DNA from: Minutocellus sp. GHC0000111
Taxonomy: Eukaryota
DNA: 64,000 bases
NCBI GenBank assembly: GCA_977018835.1
Contig: OZ361257.1
Coordinates: 4,836,001-4,900,000, forward strand
Direction of reading: 5' to 3'
Part shown: piece by piece, positions 35,520-46,101 of the stretch
Position numbering within the stretch: the stretch's first letter is position 1
Layout: each line of letters starts with the position of its first letter
The notes under the pieces: generated by a model
Database searches by the model: none
What the model saw: only the letters and a program-made list of their open reading frames with translations
What the model was told of the DNA's origin: nothing
Made by a program: the position numbers and the translations under genes

Positions 35520-37160
35520 TTACATCATCATGGGAGAAAGGCGCTGCTCATCGCAAGATACGATGCGCTGGATTTTGCCATTCTTGGGAGATGGCTTGAC
35601 GCTGTCCCCAATGTTGGAAACTCGGTGGATGCTCTGGCGACGAGGAGCATGGCGGTCGCCGCAGGCTTCCAGGGGCTCATCCTCGTGAACAGTCGGAATA
35701 TCAATAGAAAGAGGAATTCGGCTTTCAGCGCCACCACGAGCAGATGAAACTGCAGGCTCACGATACTCGGGATATTCGTCGACGCACTCTTCAATGTACC
35801 TGGCCGCCGGATCGTCCCGATCATAAATGGTATCCAGAGTAATCTCGGAAACCTCGTCATCGGCACAAGGGTGGTTGGTCACGACGAAGTACTCCTCGCT
35901 CGACGGGTTCTTGGTACCTCGCATGTGACGGTGCTCCTCACCCACGTAGTTGAACAATGTGGCCATGGGATTGTTGGGTCTGGCGTGCAGCCCCACCTTC
36001 ATGGTCGACCACATGGCCGACGCACCAAAGGTCGAGGCGACACCACCACCATGGATGCTGTGCCGAGGACTGCTGTAGCAGGACAGATTGCGATGCGATC
36101 GCTGGGCAGGTGATGCCATGGGAGGATGGCCGTAGTACCCCTCGGCCATGGGAGGTGGCGGTGGTGGGGGGTAGTAGGGATATCCAGCTGCATGCGGTGG
36201 TGGTGGTGCCTGTGGATACTGATGAGATGGATACCAGTGTCCACTGCCGACAGGTTGATTGCCGTGTGCAGCGTAGTACGGGGAGGGCATGGCCTTGGGC
36301 CGAGGAGGTTGAGGAGAAGACATGTTGTGCTCCTGCACCTCGGCATCATCCGGGTCCAGATCGGCGATGCTGCTAAAGGCCGAGTTCTGCCGTTGGAAGG
36401 ACAGTTGGCTCTTGGCCGAGGCAGCCAGCAATGTGTGTTTGGGCGATTTCGACGAAGTTGTAGGCGGTGCGGTGGGTGGAAGTGAAGGAGGCTGCCGCTG
36501 ATCGGAGGAGCTGTAGAAGCTGGAATGGCGATGATATCCACCAACGCCAGCGCTTGTGGAAGGGGAGAAAGGAGAAGCATGCGCCTGGTGGTTGTGGTAG
36601 GCCGGTTCCATCTGCATCATGGCGCCACTCGAATAGGCTCTCTGGTGCGCATACGCATGTGGATGGTGAGGATGATATTCACTTCCTGGCCAGCTCGAGA
36701 AGAATCCCTGATCTCTCCCGTAGGCATCTACATGGGCAGAAGAAGCAGGTCCGTAAGGCTCGTGATGAGGGTGGTAGTACTGCGGCAGGGCGGAGTCGCT
36801 GTACCGCATGTGCTGCTGATGATTCGCATCGTTGTGAAAGCATCGGCGCTTGGTATCCCTCGGGTCGAGATTGTTGCTGTTGTTATTATTTCCCGAGCCA
36901 GGCATTCTGCTGCCAGCAAAGCTCTGATGCTGATTTGCAAATGCCGACTGGCTGTGCTCGTGATCGGCAAAGTGATCCATCGATACCTGCCTGGTCGCCA
37001 AGAGCTCCGGCTGCTTGTGCTGGTTCTGGTTCGTGTTGTTATTGCTGACCTCTGCCGGCGAGGGGCTAGTATGGTTGCTGTTGCTGTTATTGCCCCCCTT
37101 CCCGCCAGAAGCGATCGAAGACGAGCAGCGGCCGAGTTTTTGTGAGAACCAACTGGACAT
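35520..37160 (-). CDS. Low-complexity (S/H/P/N-rich) hypothetical protein
   Basis: Long open frame from ATG 37160 (MSSWFSQ); contains DDEVSEIT. Confidence 0.7.
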   Translation of the reverse strand: MSSWFSQKLGRCSSSIASGGKGGNNSNSNHTSPSPAEVSNNNTNQNQHKQPELLATRQVSMDHFADHEHSQSAFANQHQSFAGSRMPGSGNNNNSNNLDPRDTKRRCFHNDANHQQHMRYSDSALPQYYHPHHEPYGPASSAHVDAYGRDQGFFSSWPGSEYHPHHPHAYAHQRAYSSGAMMQMEPAYHNHQAHASPFSPSTSAGVGGYHRHSSFYSSSDQRQPPSLPPTAPPTTSSKSPKHTLLAASAKSQLSFQRQNSAFSSIADLDPDDAEVQEHNMSSPQPPRPKAMPSPYYAAHGNQPVGSGHWYPSHQYPQAPPPPHAAGYPYYPPPPPPPMAEGYYGHPPMASPAQRSHRNLSCYSSPRHSIHGGGVASTFGASAMWSTMKVGLHARPNNPMATLFNYVGEEHRHMRGTKNPSSEEYFVVTNHPCADDEVSEITLDTIYDRDDPAARYIEECVDEYPEYREPAVSSARGGAESRIPLSIDIPTVHEDEPLEACGDRHAPRRQSIHRVSNIGDSVKPSPKNGKIQRIVSCDEQRLSPMMM

Positions 37161-38023
37161 GTTGGTGGCGAAGGTAGCGGGAAAAGTAAAAGTAGCGATG
37201 CGTTGACGACGACGCGAAACAAAAAGTATTATGCGCAGGAATATATCCTCCTTTTCGCCCAAGCTCGTTCTCAGACCCCCGTGAGAACCAAAACAGAGCA
37301 GACGATGAAGGAAGGTGGCGTTGTGATCAGGACCAGATGCATGTGATTATTTCGAAAGTAGTTTGCTCGTCGCCAGGAGTGAAAACTTTCTGGCAACAAC
37401 TCAACTCTAGCGAGCAGGTCAATATGCGGAAACCGGCACTGGTTTCTCGCGCAATACCAAACGCTGGCAGTTATGGACCCTGTCCCGTCCGTTTCGCCCT
37501 CGACGATAGAAAAGTAGCCACCGCGCGACTGTGACTGGCGATGCCTTCTGCGATACCTCCCCTAAGCGGGTGCGCCAACACAGGTCGCCAACTAAAAGTA
37601 GGGAGGTTGGATATGTCGTGTCGGTTGCGGTGTGTCTCGCCAGTTGTCTAGTCGCCAGTTTTTCGGAGTGTTCTGCTAAAGGGCCGGCCGGCGCAATTTT
37701 TGAGAAAACATTAGCCGTAAAAGCGGGATCCGAATCGGGATCAGAAATGGCATCGATTTGTTGGCATCCGCGGCAGACGGAGGGGATGACGATGAACCAC
37801 ATACAGAGTTCGGTAGATTCACAGGTAACATATACCTGGTACCCAGTTCTACTTATTTTAATAAAACATATCTAATGTTACAGTTCCCAAAACAGGCTGA
37901 TTTGGCATGCATGTCTTGTCCTGACTTTTTTCCCTTGAGAGAACACTCCTTTGTGTCTGTGTTGTTGTCGATGAGAGTTGTCTTCATTTTTAATTCATTA
38001 TGGTGCCCCACCTCGTCCTATCC

Positions 38024-38989
38024 TCACTTCTTCCTCTTGAGATACCGAGTAAACTCTGCGTAGGCACTGTCCAAATCATGATAAAGCTGCCGGGAATCAT
38101 CCTCGTCGATCTCATCCACCGCCCGCATGGCATTCAGCTTCTGCAACCACTTGCTCACTTTGCGATTGGGTTCAAAATCATTTGGCGTTTCTGGCAATCT
38201 CGTCAATGCATCCATCAAATCACTCAGCAGCGGCTGCAGCTCGTCGACGGCCCGCTGCTCCAGCTTGACGGCATCCATGGCCGTGATGAACATTTGCACC
38301 GTCTCGGCAATCGTCACGGCCACGTGCTGGCCGGAATCGTCCCCGCTTTTGATCTGCTCCGGAACGCCCATCCGCAGCAGCCGTTCCCGCGCTCTGGGAC
38401 ATTCCAATTGGTATAGTTCCATGAATGTTCTGTTTGAGGAAGTAGTTACAGTTTGTGTGAGGTGCGTGTTGGGCCAAGCAAGAATAGCAAGGAAGGACAT
38501 ATTATAAAGAGATAAATGGGTGTGCAATAATACACGCGACCCGAACTCACTCTGTGGTCATGGTCTTTCCGAGGGCCGCCTTCTCCGCAAGACGGAACTG
38601 AGATATAAGTTTGTTGCATTCCGCCGTGTACTGTAAAAAAGGAAGATATATGCAAGGTATCAATAAGTGAACATATATCACATAAATCACATGTCATATT
38701 CACCCTGGTCGGTCGGTACGACTCAGCACAGGCACATCCGAACTGAACCTCTCGAGTTGCAGAGTCATTATATATCAGCACTCACCTCCTCCCGGGTAAT
38801 GGCATCCCGGGCGTACGCCCGCTCCAAATGTTCGGTGGCCAGAATCACCGCATACAGATCGGCCAGATTGTCGTACGCCTCCCGTTCCTTGTAGGATTCG
38901 TACAGCTCCACCTCCTGCTCCTGCGGGTCCTCGGTCACGGTCCGTTGCGATGCCGAGGTGTACGCTGGTGGGGGCGGGTATCCGTTCAT
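38024..38989 (-). CDS. VPS28: ESCRT-I subunit VPS28; exons 38989-38786, 38630-38551 and 38429-38024
   Basis: EREAYDNLADLYAVILATEHLERAY, YTAECNKLISQF, ECPRARERL, FITAMDAVKL, AVDELQPLL; two GTGAGT...CAG introns join in frame. Confidence 0.95.
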
Positions 38990-39381
38990 TTTTTGCTGAA
39001 GAAGTCAAGAATGGGGATTTGTGTGGGTAAGTCGGTGTGGTGCTTGGCTGGCTTATCAGTGGACGACGGCATACGACGCGGTTGCGTTGGTGCTACGGAC
39101 GAGCGGCACTTTGGCCATCAGAGCATGATGGTGGTTCTTGCTTGGGTTGGACTCAGATTTGCCCGCTTACTCATAGTCGTACCTCATTTTGCCGCGACCA
39201 GCATGGAATGTTACCGAGCCATAACAAACTATGCATGGTGACTGGCAAGCCGCCGATCCGCCCGCATGCAGCAGGAGTTCTGTTCTATCTTGTGACGGTT
39301 GCTGCTTCGTAGGCGGCTATTCGTATTTCGTGATTCCCTTAGCAGCGGTAGATCACTCACCACCATGCATCCCGCTGCTTT

Positions 39382-41026
39382 ATGTACTCGAAGACTTTGC
39401 GAGGACATGCAAAGAATGAGGAACAAACGGCGAAAAGCAAGCACAAGCAAGCCCAGCACCATCGACATTCCTCTTGGCTTCGGCGGCTTCTCGGCCTATC
39501 GGCAGTTGCTGCGTCCGGTGTGGTAGCTGAGGGATCTGATGACGCCAGCAGTAATTCATTGATGGGGTATCATTTTGGCAGTCTATTCCCCAGAGTTACT
39601 TCTGCCGGTGGTGATAGAGAGACCGAGTTTACTATCACTAAGCCAATGCGACCAACCGCTGCTACGCACAGCCAAACATAACGCCAGACCACGACAATAA
39701 CATTGAGAACTGGCAAAGAGAACGTATCGCCAAGAAAGGCACACGGTCGTGTGACAATCAATTTCGGCTCGCAATCAACCTCTGCCAGTCACACTTTGCC
39801 CTCTCCACCAGAAGCGGCTGATCTGGGGCTCATTGCGGAAGACGAAAGTTTTTATGCCGACTTTGAAGAGTCTCAACAAGTGGAGGTCCCTGGCAGTGCA
39901 TCTCGATATACCTCTGACGGACAAACCAGTCACATGCCAAACGATGGCGACGGGGAGGTAACTGTAAACTTGGATGTCATTGGCTTGCAGAGGTTGCTTT
40001 TGAGCGTACCAGCTCTCATTGGAGGTACGGTGGGCACCATGTTTGCCACACTTCGCATCGTGGCATTGCTCATTGCCGGGAGGAGAATGCTCAATGTCTT
40101 GGCATTTATCTTCAAAGATATCATCTTGAATTTTCCCATTGATTATCTCACGGGCTACTATCTTCGCAAGACTTTCACGAGGTTGGAAAGAGCGTATCTG
40201 CGTTATTACGAGCTACCGTCGGCCTTGCGGGCGATTGCAAGGACCGGTTCACAAATGTGCATTCTGTTCCTAGTTGCGAGTATCATCGGATGGGTGTATG
40301 CAATGGGAGATCCGCCTTGCCGCGAAGAAGGCCAGGGGCTATCCATGATTTGCAGCGTGCTTTGGATCACGGCAGTTGTAGCCGCAGGGCGGGCATGTGC
40401 ATCGGGTATAGCAGCTTGGGGCGGCCCGTTGAGAGTTGAGGTTGCCACTCATCCCAAGAACAAGAAAGTGTTTACTCGCCCATCCCACTTTGTCGAGTGG
40501 ATAACAAACGTGGATGAAGTGAAGAATCTTTTGTCGCACGACAGTATCAAGGCATTTGACCCCAATCCACTAATCTTCCCTACAACTTGGGTGCCTTTCA
40601 AGATTTTGCTCATCTTTGCGGTAGCTAAAGGCCTCGAAATTGGTCCATCGACTTGTAGTTGGATTTTCGACAGAATCACCAAATTTGCCAAGATTGATGA
40701 AACTTTACTTATTTCAAGCTACGCTGGGTGAAGAGTGGCACCGTGTCCTCTTGGTAGAGAAACGGGTGGGACTTGGAATTGTCGCGGTATCGGCATACTT
40801 TGTGGCACTTGCGAATTTGGTTTTTGTTACTACGAAAATAAGTGGTTTTGCTGCTTCATTGATGATCCCCTCTCTGGCGGCCGTCATCATGTCGGGTTGG
40901 ATGAACGTAGTCATATACATCACCAGGCAGGATCTGGACAAGAAAGAAGCAGCGGCCAAAGCACTCGAAAGAAGAAAACGAGCCGCCCTGGGAACATTTC
41001 AGCTTGGAGATTCCTATTACAATTAG
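39382..41026 (+). pseudogene. Multi-pass membrane hypothetical protein disrupted by an in-frame stop and a frameshift
   Basis: ORFs 39382-39681 and 39703-40731 share a frame across TAA 39679-39681; the hydrophobic C-terminus (QATLGEEWHRVLLVEKRVGLG...) lies in another frame from about 40640-40690. Confidence 0.6.
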
Positions 41027-41088
41027 CCAAATATAGATAATTTGTAGCTTGTAGCTTGTAGCTGTAGATTCGATACGATTCGGCTTTA

Positions 41089-42825
41089 TTACTTCAACTT
41101 ATTGAGGATCCAGCGCACAATCCAAAGCACTGTCAGAATTGAAAGTATGTTTGGTAAAAGTATGAGGGTGAAGAGCAGAGTAACCCCCATCGAAGTGGAC
41201 ACGAAGTAGTGCAACGGACTAACCAAACCATGATAGTCAACACAGACCCACTGGTCGTCAGCAGAAAGCTGTGACGCAACCTTTTCAATATCATTTTGAC
41301 CGACAGAGCTCCCGGACATGATGGAATCGCCATTGAGCTGAGCAAACGCCCACTTTGCGCTCAGCATCGGCTGTTCAGTACCGCTCACACCGAAGACTCT
41401 CATAGAAACGACTTCATTTTGCCAGTCAAACTCGAGTTCGCCAAAATTCAATTCCAGCGAAAACTGCTTGCCCGTCTTGGATTCTTCTGCACCACCATTC
41501 TCAATCAAAATATGGTCGGTGCCCGTTCCAAGAGAGGCGGATGCGGTCTCGACCAACTCGTTCCAGGGGCAAATAACTTCTAAATGGTTGAATCCCATCG
41601 ATGCTCGGCTCATGAAGTGAAAGTAGGGTGCATACCACGCAGTGTGATATCTCTCCGAGGAGGCAAAGCAAGTTCCCCACGAATGGGTCAAGCCACTCGT
41701 CGTGAGTTCAACCAAAGGGCGAGGAACCGAGCTGATGTCGCCTGTGTCTTTTCGCCGGTAGCAATCCTTTCTTGAGAGTTGTGCCATGTGAACATCGCCA
41801 CTGACAATAAAAGGGGATCGGGCTCCCGATCGCAGAATAATTTCATATAATCTTTGCCTTGCTTTCGGGAATTTCACCCACTCTTCTGCAACGTTGGCGC
41901 TGGGGAAACGGTCGACGTGTACCTGCAGCCCACTCACAATTATGTTGACCGCCGCTTTGGAACGGTTCAATGAAGATTCAAACCACCTCCACTGTTCTTC
42001 TCCTAGCATATCGCCATTCGAAGGGAACCATGCGCCTATTCCCTTCGGCCATGGGTCACGGTTAGACCGAACGTCGAGAACAAATACAGCCACTGATCTC
42101 TTAGAGTAAGCCGGTTGGTGACTGCTCTTGTGATTATCCTCATTCACCACATCTGAGTCGATGCCAGCCTCAACATTGGGCACCAATTCGTCCCCTTCAT
42201 CTCTCGAAAAGTCAAATACTTTCACGCCGTAAACTCCCCTCCCCCTTTCGGCACGACGTCGAATGGGCGAATCTGGTGGTTCTCCGACAAAATCCACGTG
42301 CGCCAAACCACTCTCCCTCCGATACTTATAGGTTCTGTCGCCATTGTTCTGACCGTAGTCGTGATCATCTACCGTGCCAAAGATGGTAATGTTGCTCTCG
42401 ATCAGCTTGCGATATTCGGGATGGGACAGTTGCTGTTTGTAGTACGAGCGCAGTTGATCTGGCGTGGCAGATACGTGTTTGGCTTGTGGTGGAAAGTGCG
42501 AAAAGTCCAATCCGGCAAATTGATCCGCATAGATGGAATCACCAGCCCAAACGAATGCGGCTGCATTGCGAGAGGTGATGATGGGCCACAGTGGCTGGGT
42601 GAGATTTTGGGAGTTGCAGCTGCCAAACAAGATTCGGGATTGACGCCGATGACTCGTGATGCTGCTGGCCGAGGTCTTACTGCATGCTTCTAAAGAAGCG
42701 GCGGTTTCACACTTTCCTCCTCTTAATACTTCTTGAGGCGATTCGCCGCCATTTGTTGTCATGATTTCAGAAGAGAGATGCCAATGGGAGATCGATATGC
42801 GCTCACCCTTTTTAGTGCCCGTCAT
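41089..42825 (-). CDS. phoD: PhoD-like alkaline phosphatase/phosphodiesterase with a C-terminal TM helix
   Basis: FGSCN, WAGDSIYAD, DDHDYGQNNGD, MLGEEQWRWF, SGDVH, ELTTSGLTH; start may be 42825 or 42762. Confidence 0.88.
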   Translation of the reverse strand: MTGTKKGERISISHWHLSSEIMTTNGGESPQEVLRGGKCETAASLEACSKTSASSITSHRRQSRILFGSCNSQNLTQPLWPIITSRNAAAFVWAGDSIYADQFAGLDFSHFPPQAKHVSATPDQLRSYYKQQLSHPEYRKLIESNITIFGTVDDHDYGQNNGDRTYKYRRESGLAHVDFVGEPPDSPIRRRAERGRGVYGVKVFDFSRDEGDELVPNVEAGIDSDVVNEDNHKSSHQPAYSKRSVAVFVLDVRSNRDPWPKGIGAWFPSNGDMLGEEQWRWFESSLNRSKAAVNIIVSGLQVHVDRFPSANVAEEWVKFPKARQRLYEIILRSGARSPFIVSGDVHMAQLSRKDCYRRKDTGDISSVPRPLVELTTSGLTHSWGTCFASSERYHTAWYAPYFHFMSRASMGFNHLEVICPWNELVETASASLGTGTDHILIENGGAEESKTGKQFSLELNFGELEFDWQNEVVSMRVFGVSGTEQPMLSAKWAFAQLNGDSIMSGSSVGQNDIEKVASQLSADDQWVCVDYHGLVSPLHYFVSTSMGVTLLFTLILLPNILSILTVLWIVRWILNKLK

Positions 42826-42833
42826 GCCAGCCA

Positions 42834-42896
42834 CCTGCCCTGCCGCCCTGACTACTAGCTAGGCCTGCCCTGCCGCCCTGACTACTAGCTAGGCCT
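42834..42896. repeat. Perfect 30-bp tandem duplication upstream of phoD
   Basis: CCTGCCCTGCCGCCCTGACTACTAGCTAGG x2 plus CCT. Confidence 0.9.
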
Positions 42897-43176
42897 ACGT
42901 AGGTACGCGTAGTAACTGCTAATGCTGCTGCTCAGGTTGACGGGTCGGGACTAAAACGTGCGGTACGTACGTTTGATCTGGTCATGACATGCGTCTCCGC
43001 TCGCTCCTTGCACCCTCATAACCTTCATCATCATGCATCGCTGATTCGATTGAGTTCGAGAACGTTCGGCGTTGAGACCCTTTGCATCATACAACCGTGA
43101 AGCCCTTGCGACCTCAATAATTTGGCCTTCATTCCCTTCATCGTTTGGTTTGCCGATTTCAAATCTCCAGCACAAC

Positions 43177-44259
43177 ATGCGTCACATCGCAGGTGCAACT
43201 GCCGTGTCTACAACCGTTACTCTCCTGACCACCACCATTCCCACATGCGTCTGCTTCTCCCCTCAGGCCTCAACATCCTTCGTCCCCGAGTGGCGCACTC
43301 ACTCGTCACGTAAACCTCGCTTCAATTAGAAACGGAGTGATCAGCACATCTCTCGCACAAACACCCCCAACGAATTATTTTCGGCGACTCTCGAAGACAT
43401 CGATGGCATGACGGCCGGAGAAATACGGCAGGAACTGCAATCGTATGGCATTGACACTCGGGCCTACTTTGAGAAGTCGGAGCTGGTGGCAGCCCTTCGA
43501 ATGGCACTCTACGAAAGCCAAACGTTCGGCAGTACTGATGATAATGCTCCTGGGACCAGCAGTAACACTCCTTCGCCGTCACCACCAACATCGAGAGAGG
43601 AAGACATACAGCGCAGAATGGAACAGTACAAATCATTATCAGTATCCGAACTGAAGAGTCGACTCGAGGGGTTGGGCGTGTCCACCAAGGCATTCTTTGA
43701 AAAGTCCGACTTTGTCCGAGCGTTGGCGGAGGAGGATGCGTACGATCCAGACGTTCGAGACGTAACCGCCACCAAGTTTCGATTTGACCCATACGACAGG
43801 CAATTCAAGGATGTGCTGATCGATATTGGGCCCGATGGTCAGGCCACGGCGGCACCACCGCCCAAGGATCGGTATGGGAGAGATGACTTTGGCTACAACG
43901 GTTACGGCAAAGATGTTGATGGCTATGACCAACAGGATCAATGGGATGGAAGCAACTACCAAGGGACTACAGATGATCAGAAGAGATGGCAGAGGGAGAG
44001 AACGAACACGGCGAAGGGCAGTACCTGGGCGGGAAGCGCCTGGGATCGCACCGCTACTGGCACTGGTAGTGTCGACAGCAGTGCAGCTGGTGGGGCATCG
44101 CCTCCACCCCCGAGACCACCGCCGGATGAATTCCAAAAGAGGTACGAGGCTGGAAGCTCCCAGAGACGGAGCGATGGTCAGGTGCCATTCACTGAGCGAG
44201 TTGGTAAGTCTGGTAACGGAGTCGATTCTGGCTGGTGGGACCAGCCGAGGCAAAGTTAA
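43177..44259 (+). CDS. SAP/HeH-like double-repeat protein (paralogue of 33899 and 56208); presequence cut off by in-frame TAG at 43327-43329
   Basis: MRHIAGATAV...TCVC|FSP is in frame with MTAGEIRQELQSYGIDTRAYFEKSELVAAL and LSVSELKSRLEGLGVSTKAFFEKSDFVRAL. Confidence 0.75.
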
Positions 44260-44668
44260 TCGAGGTGATATGGCTAGCTAGCTATTATACTACATGTAGA
44301 CATAAGAAAAGAAATTCTTACTTGAAATTGCGAGCGAGAGAAAGTGAAATACAGTCCGACTGTATACCGGTACGTCGCTGCTTCAACAAACCCTTCGTTT
44401 CGCAGAAGTACTCATGTTGCAGGAACATGGGCAGCTTCTACATTTAATAACGCGAAGGTCATATTGCAAAATGTAGAAGAAAGGAGTGTTGAGTTCCCCC
44501 TGCAGGTACCGGTAGGTCGGGTCGGTCCAAGCCGTCCAGGCTTCCAAGCAGAGTTCCCCAGCCGTGACGGACGACAGACAGGACAGATCAACAGCTCATT
44601 CGCATTGGCGGGTTGGCTTTTATCTGCCGACAATTTGCTATAGGAACTCGGCACACAAGTGAAATCCT

Positions 44669-46065
44669 ATGCCATCATCAGCGCTTGCTTGTCGTTTCCA
44701 ATATGTCGCCGCGAGAGCGTGCCGCAAGGCTAGCGAGAGACGCTTTCGTACATTGAGCTACTCGTACAATTCTAAGTATGGGTCTCGTAAGCAACAAGGG
44801 ATGAGCCCTCCTCCCATTCGTTGTGATTGCATCGGTGCAATAACAACAAACCGCCACCTATCGAGCCGAATCGGAGGGTTGTCAGATAATACCAATGCTG
44901 CTGACAATAATGGGGGAGGTGCGAAAAGAATCAGATCCCGTCCCCTCTCGCTTGGTTATGTCGCCGGCCTTCAGTCCCATTCCTCAGTTTCACACCACGA
45001 AGACGACGATGATGAGGCAACATGGAGTTCATTTGACGAAGCGTATGATATCTTAGAACAGATAGACCCAGAAGTACTCTATGAATTCGAGCAAAATGTA
45101 TGGGACGAGAACAGGATGAAATTCATTCACTCGACGAGGGACATTAGTGTTATTGACATGGAAGTAAGTGGTGAAGACAAAGCTATCCGATCTTTGGTAT
45201 TCAATGCCCGCCCCAAGCTCATTCAGTCTTCCATCGAGATTGATAATGTTGGTGCGACAGGTCCGAAAGTATTGGGCGCTCCACCGCCTTTGGTTGGATT
45301 GACTGCTACGCACCTAGGAGGGCTTGCCCTTGCTGTTCCACTGTGGTTGGCAGCGTTGAGTAGTAACAACGAAGAATTATCATTGGGAGATACAACGAAC
45401 AAAGCAAGAGCCATAGTGATAGGTGCCGGCGGCTGCACAATCCCCGCAGTGCTGGCCAAAGTGGGATGCAATGTTACTGCGATTGAACCACACGGGGATG
45501 TCTGTGATGCAGCATGTCGATACTTTGGCGCTGAAGATGTGGGCGTGACTTTGGTTCAGGGTTATGGTGAGGAATACTTATCCCAGGACACAGCAACAGC
45601 TGACTTGTTAATTGTTGATGCAGAAGATGGCAAATCAGCACCGCCGCAGTCAATGCAAGAGGAATCATTTTGGCAAGAGATTACATTGCCCCGACTATCG
45701 CATCGTGCGATTGTTGCGATCAACGTTATTGCAGACCAAAAAAAGAAAGGATCGAATTGAGAAGCACTTTAGACAAGGTCCTCCAATCGCACGATGTATG
45801 GTGCTGCGAAGTCCCAGAAATTGCCAATGTCAGTGATCGCCATTGCATTATGTTTGCAACACCCAAAACAAGAGATGAAGACTTTGATACTTTTGAGAGA
45901 TTCAAAGAAGAGCTGTATAAATTTGATTATGTCGATATGCCTGAAGAATGGTTGAACGAGATGGACCAAGCTCGAACTTTCAGGTACTACACGTCCTATT
46001 TCGATTCATGTAATCATAGCAACAAAGGCGACGACGACGAAGAAGAACACAGGGACAAGAAATGA
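44669..46065 (+). CDS. SAM-dependent methyltransferase (spermidine synthase-like fold), frameshift in A7 run 45738-45744
   Basis: VIGAGGCTIP, VTAIEP, DLLIVDA, IVAINVI; the C-terminus continues in the 45670-46065 frame. Confidence 0.75.
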
Positions 46066-46101
46066 GTGGCAAAATAAACCTTTACTTAGAAACCCTTATA
46101 A

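Noticed and set aside
41042..41067. (TGTAGCT)3 microrepeat between convergent genes
   Set aside because: An ordinary short tandem repeat with no further structure.
30986..43329. Alternative genetic code (TAA/TAG reassigned) to explain the in-frame stops
   Set aside because: Most genes end at TAA or TAG, and long conserved ORFs have no internal TAA/TAG.
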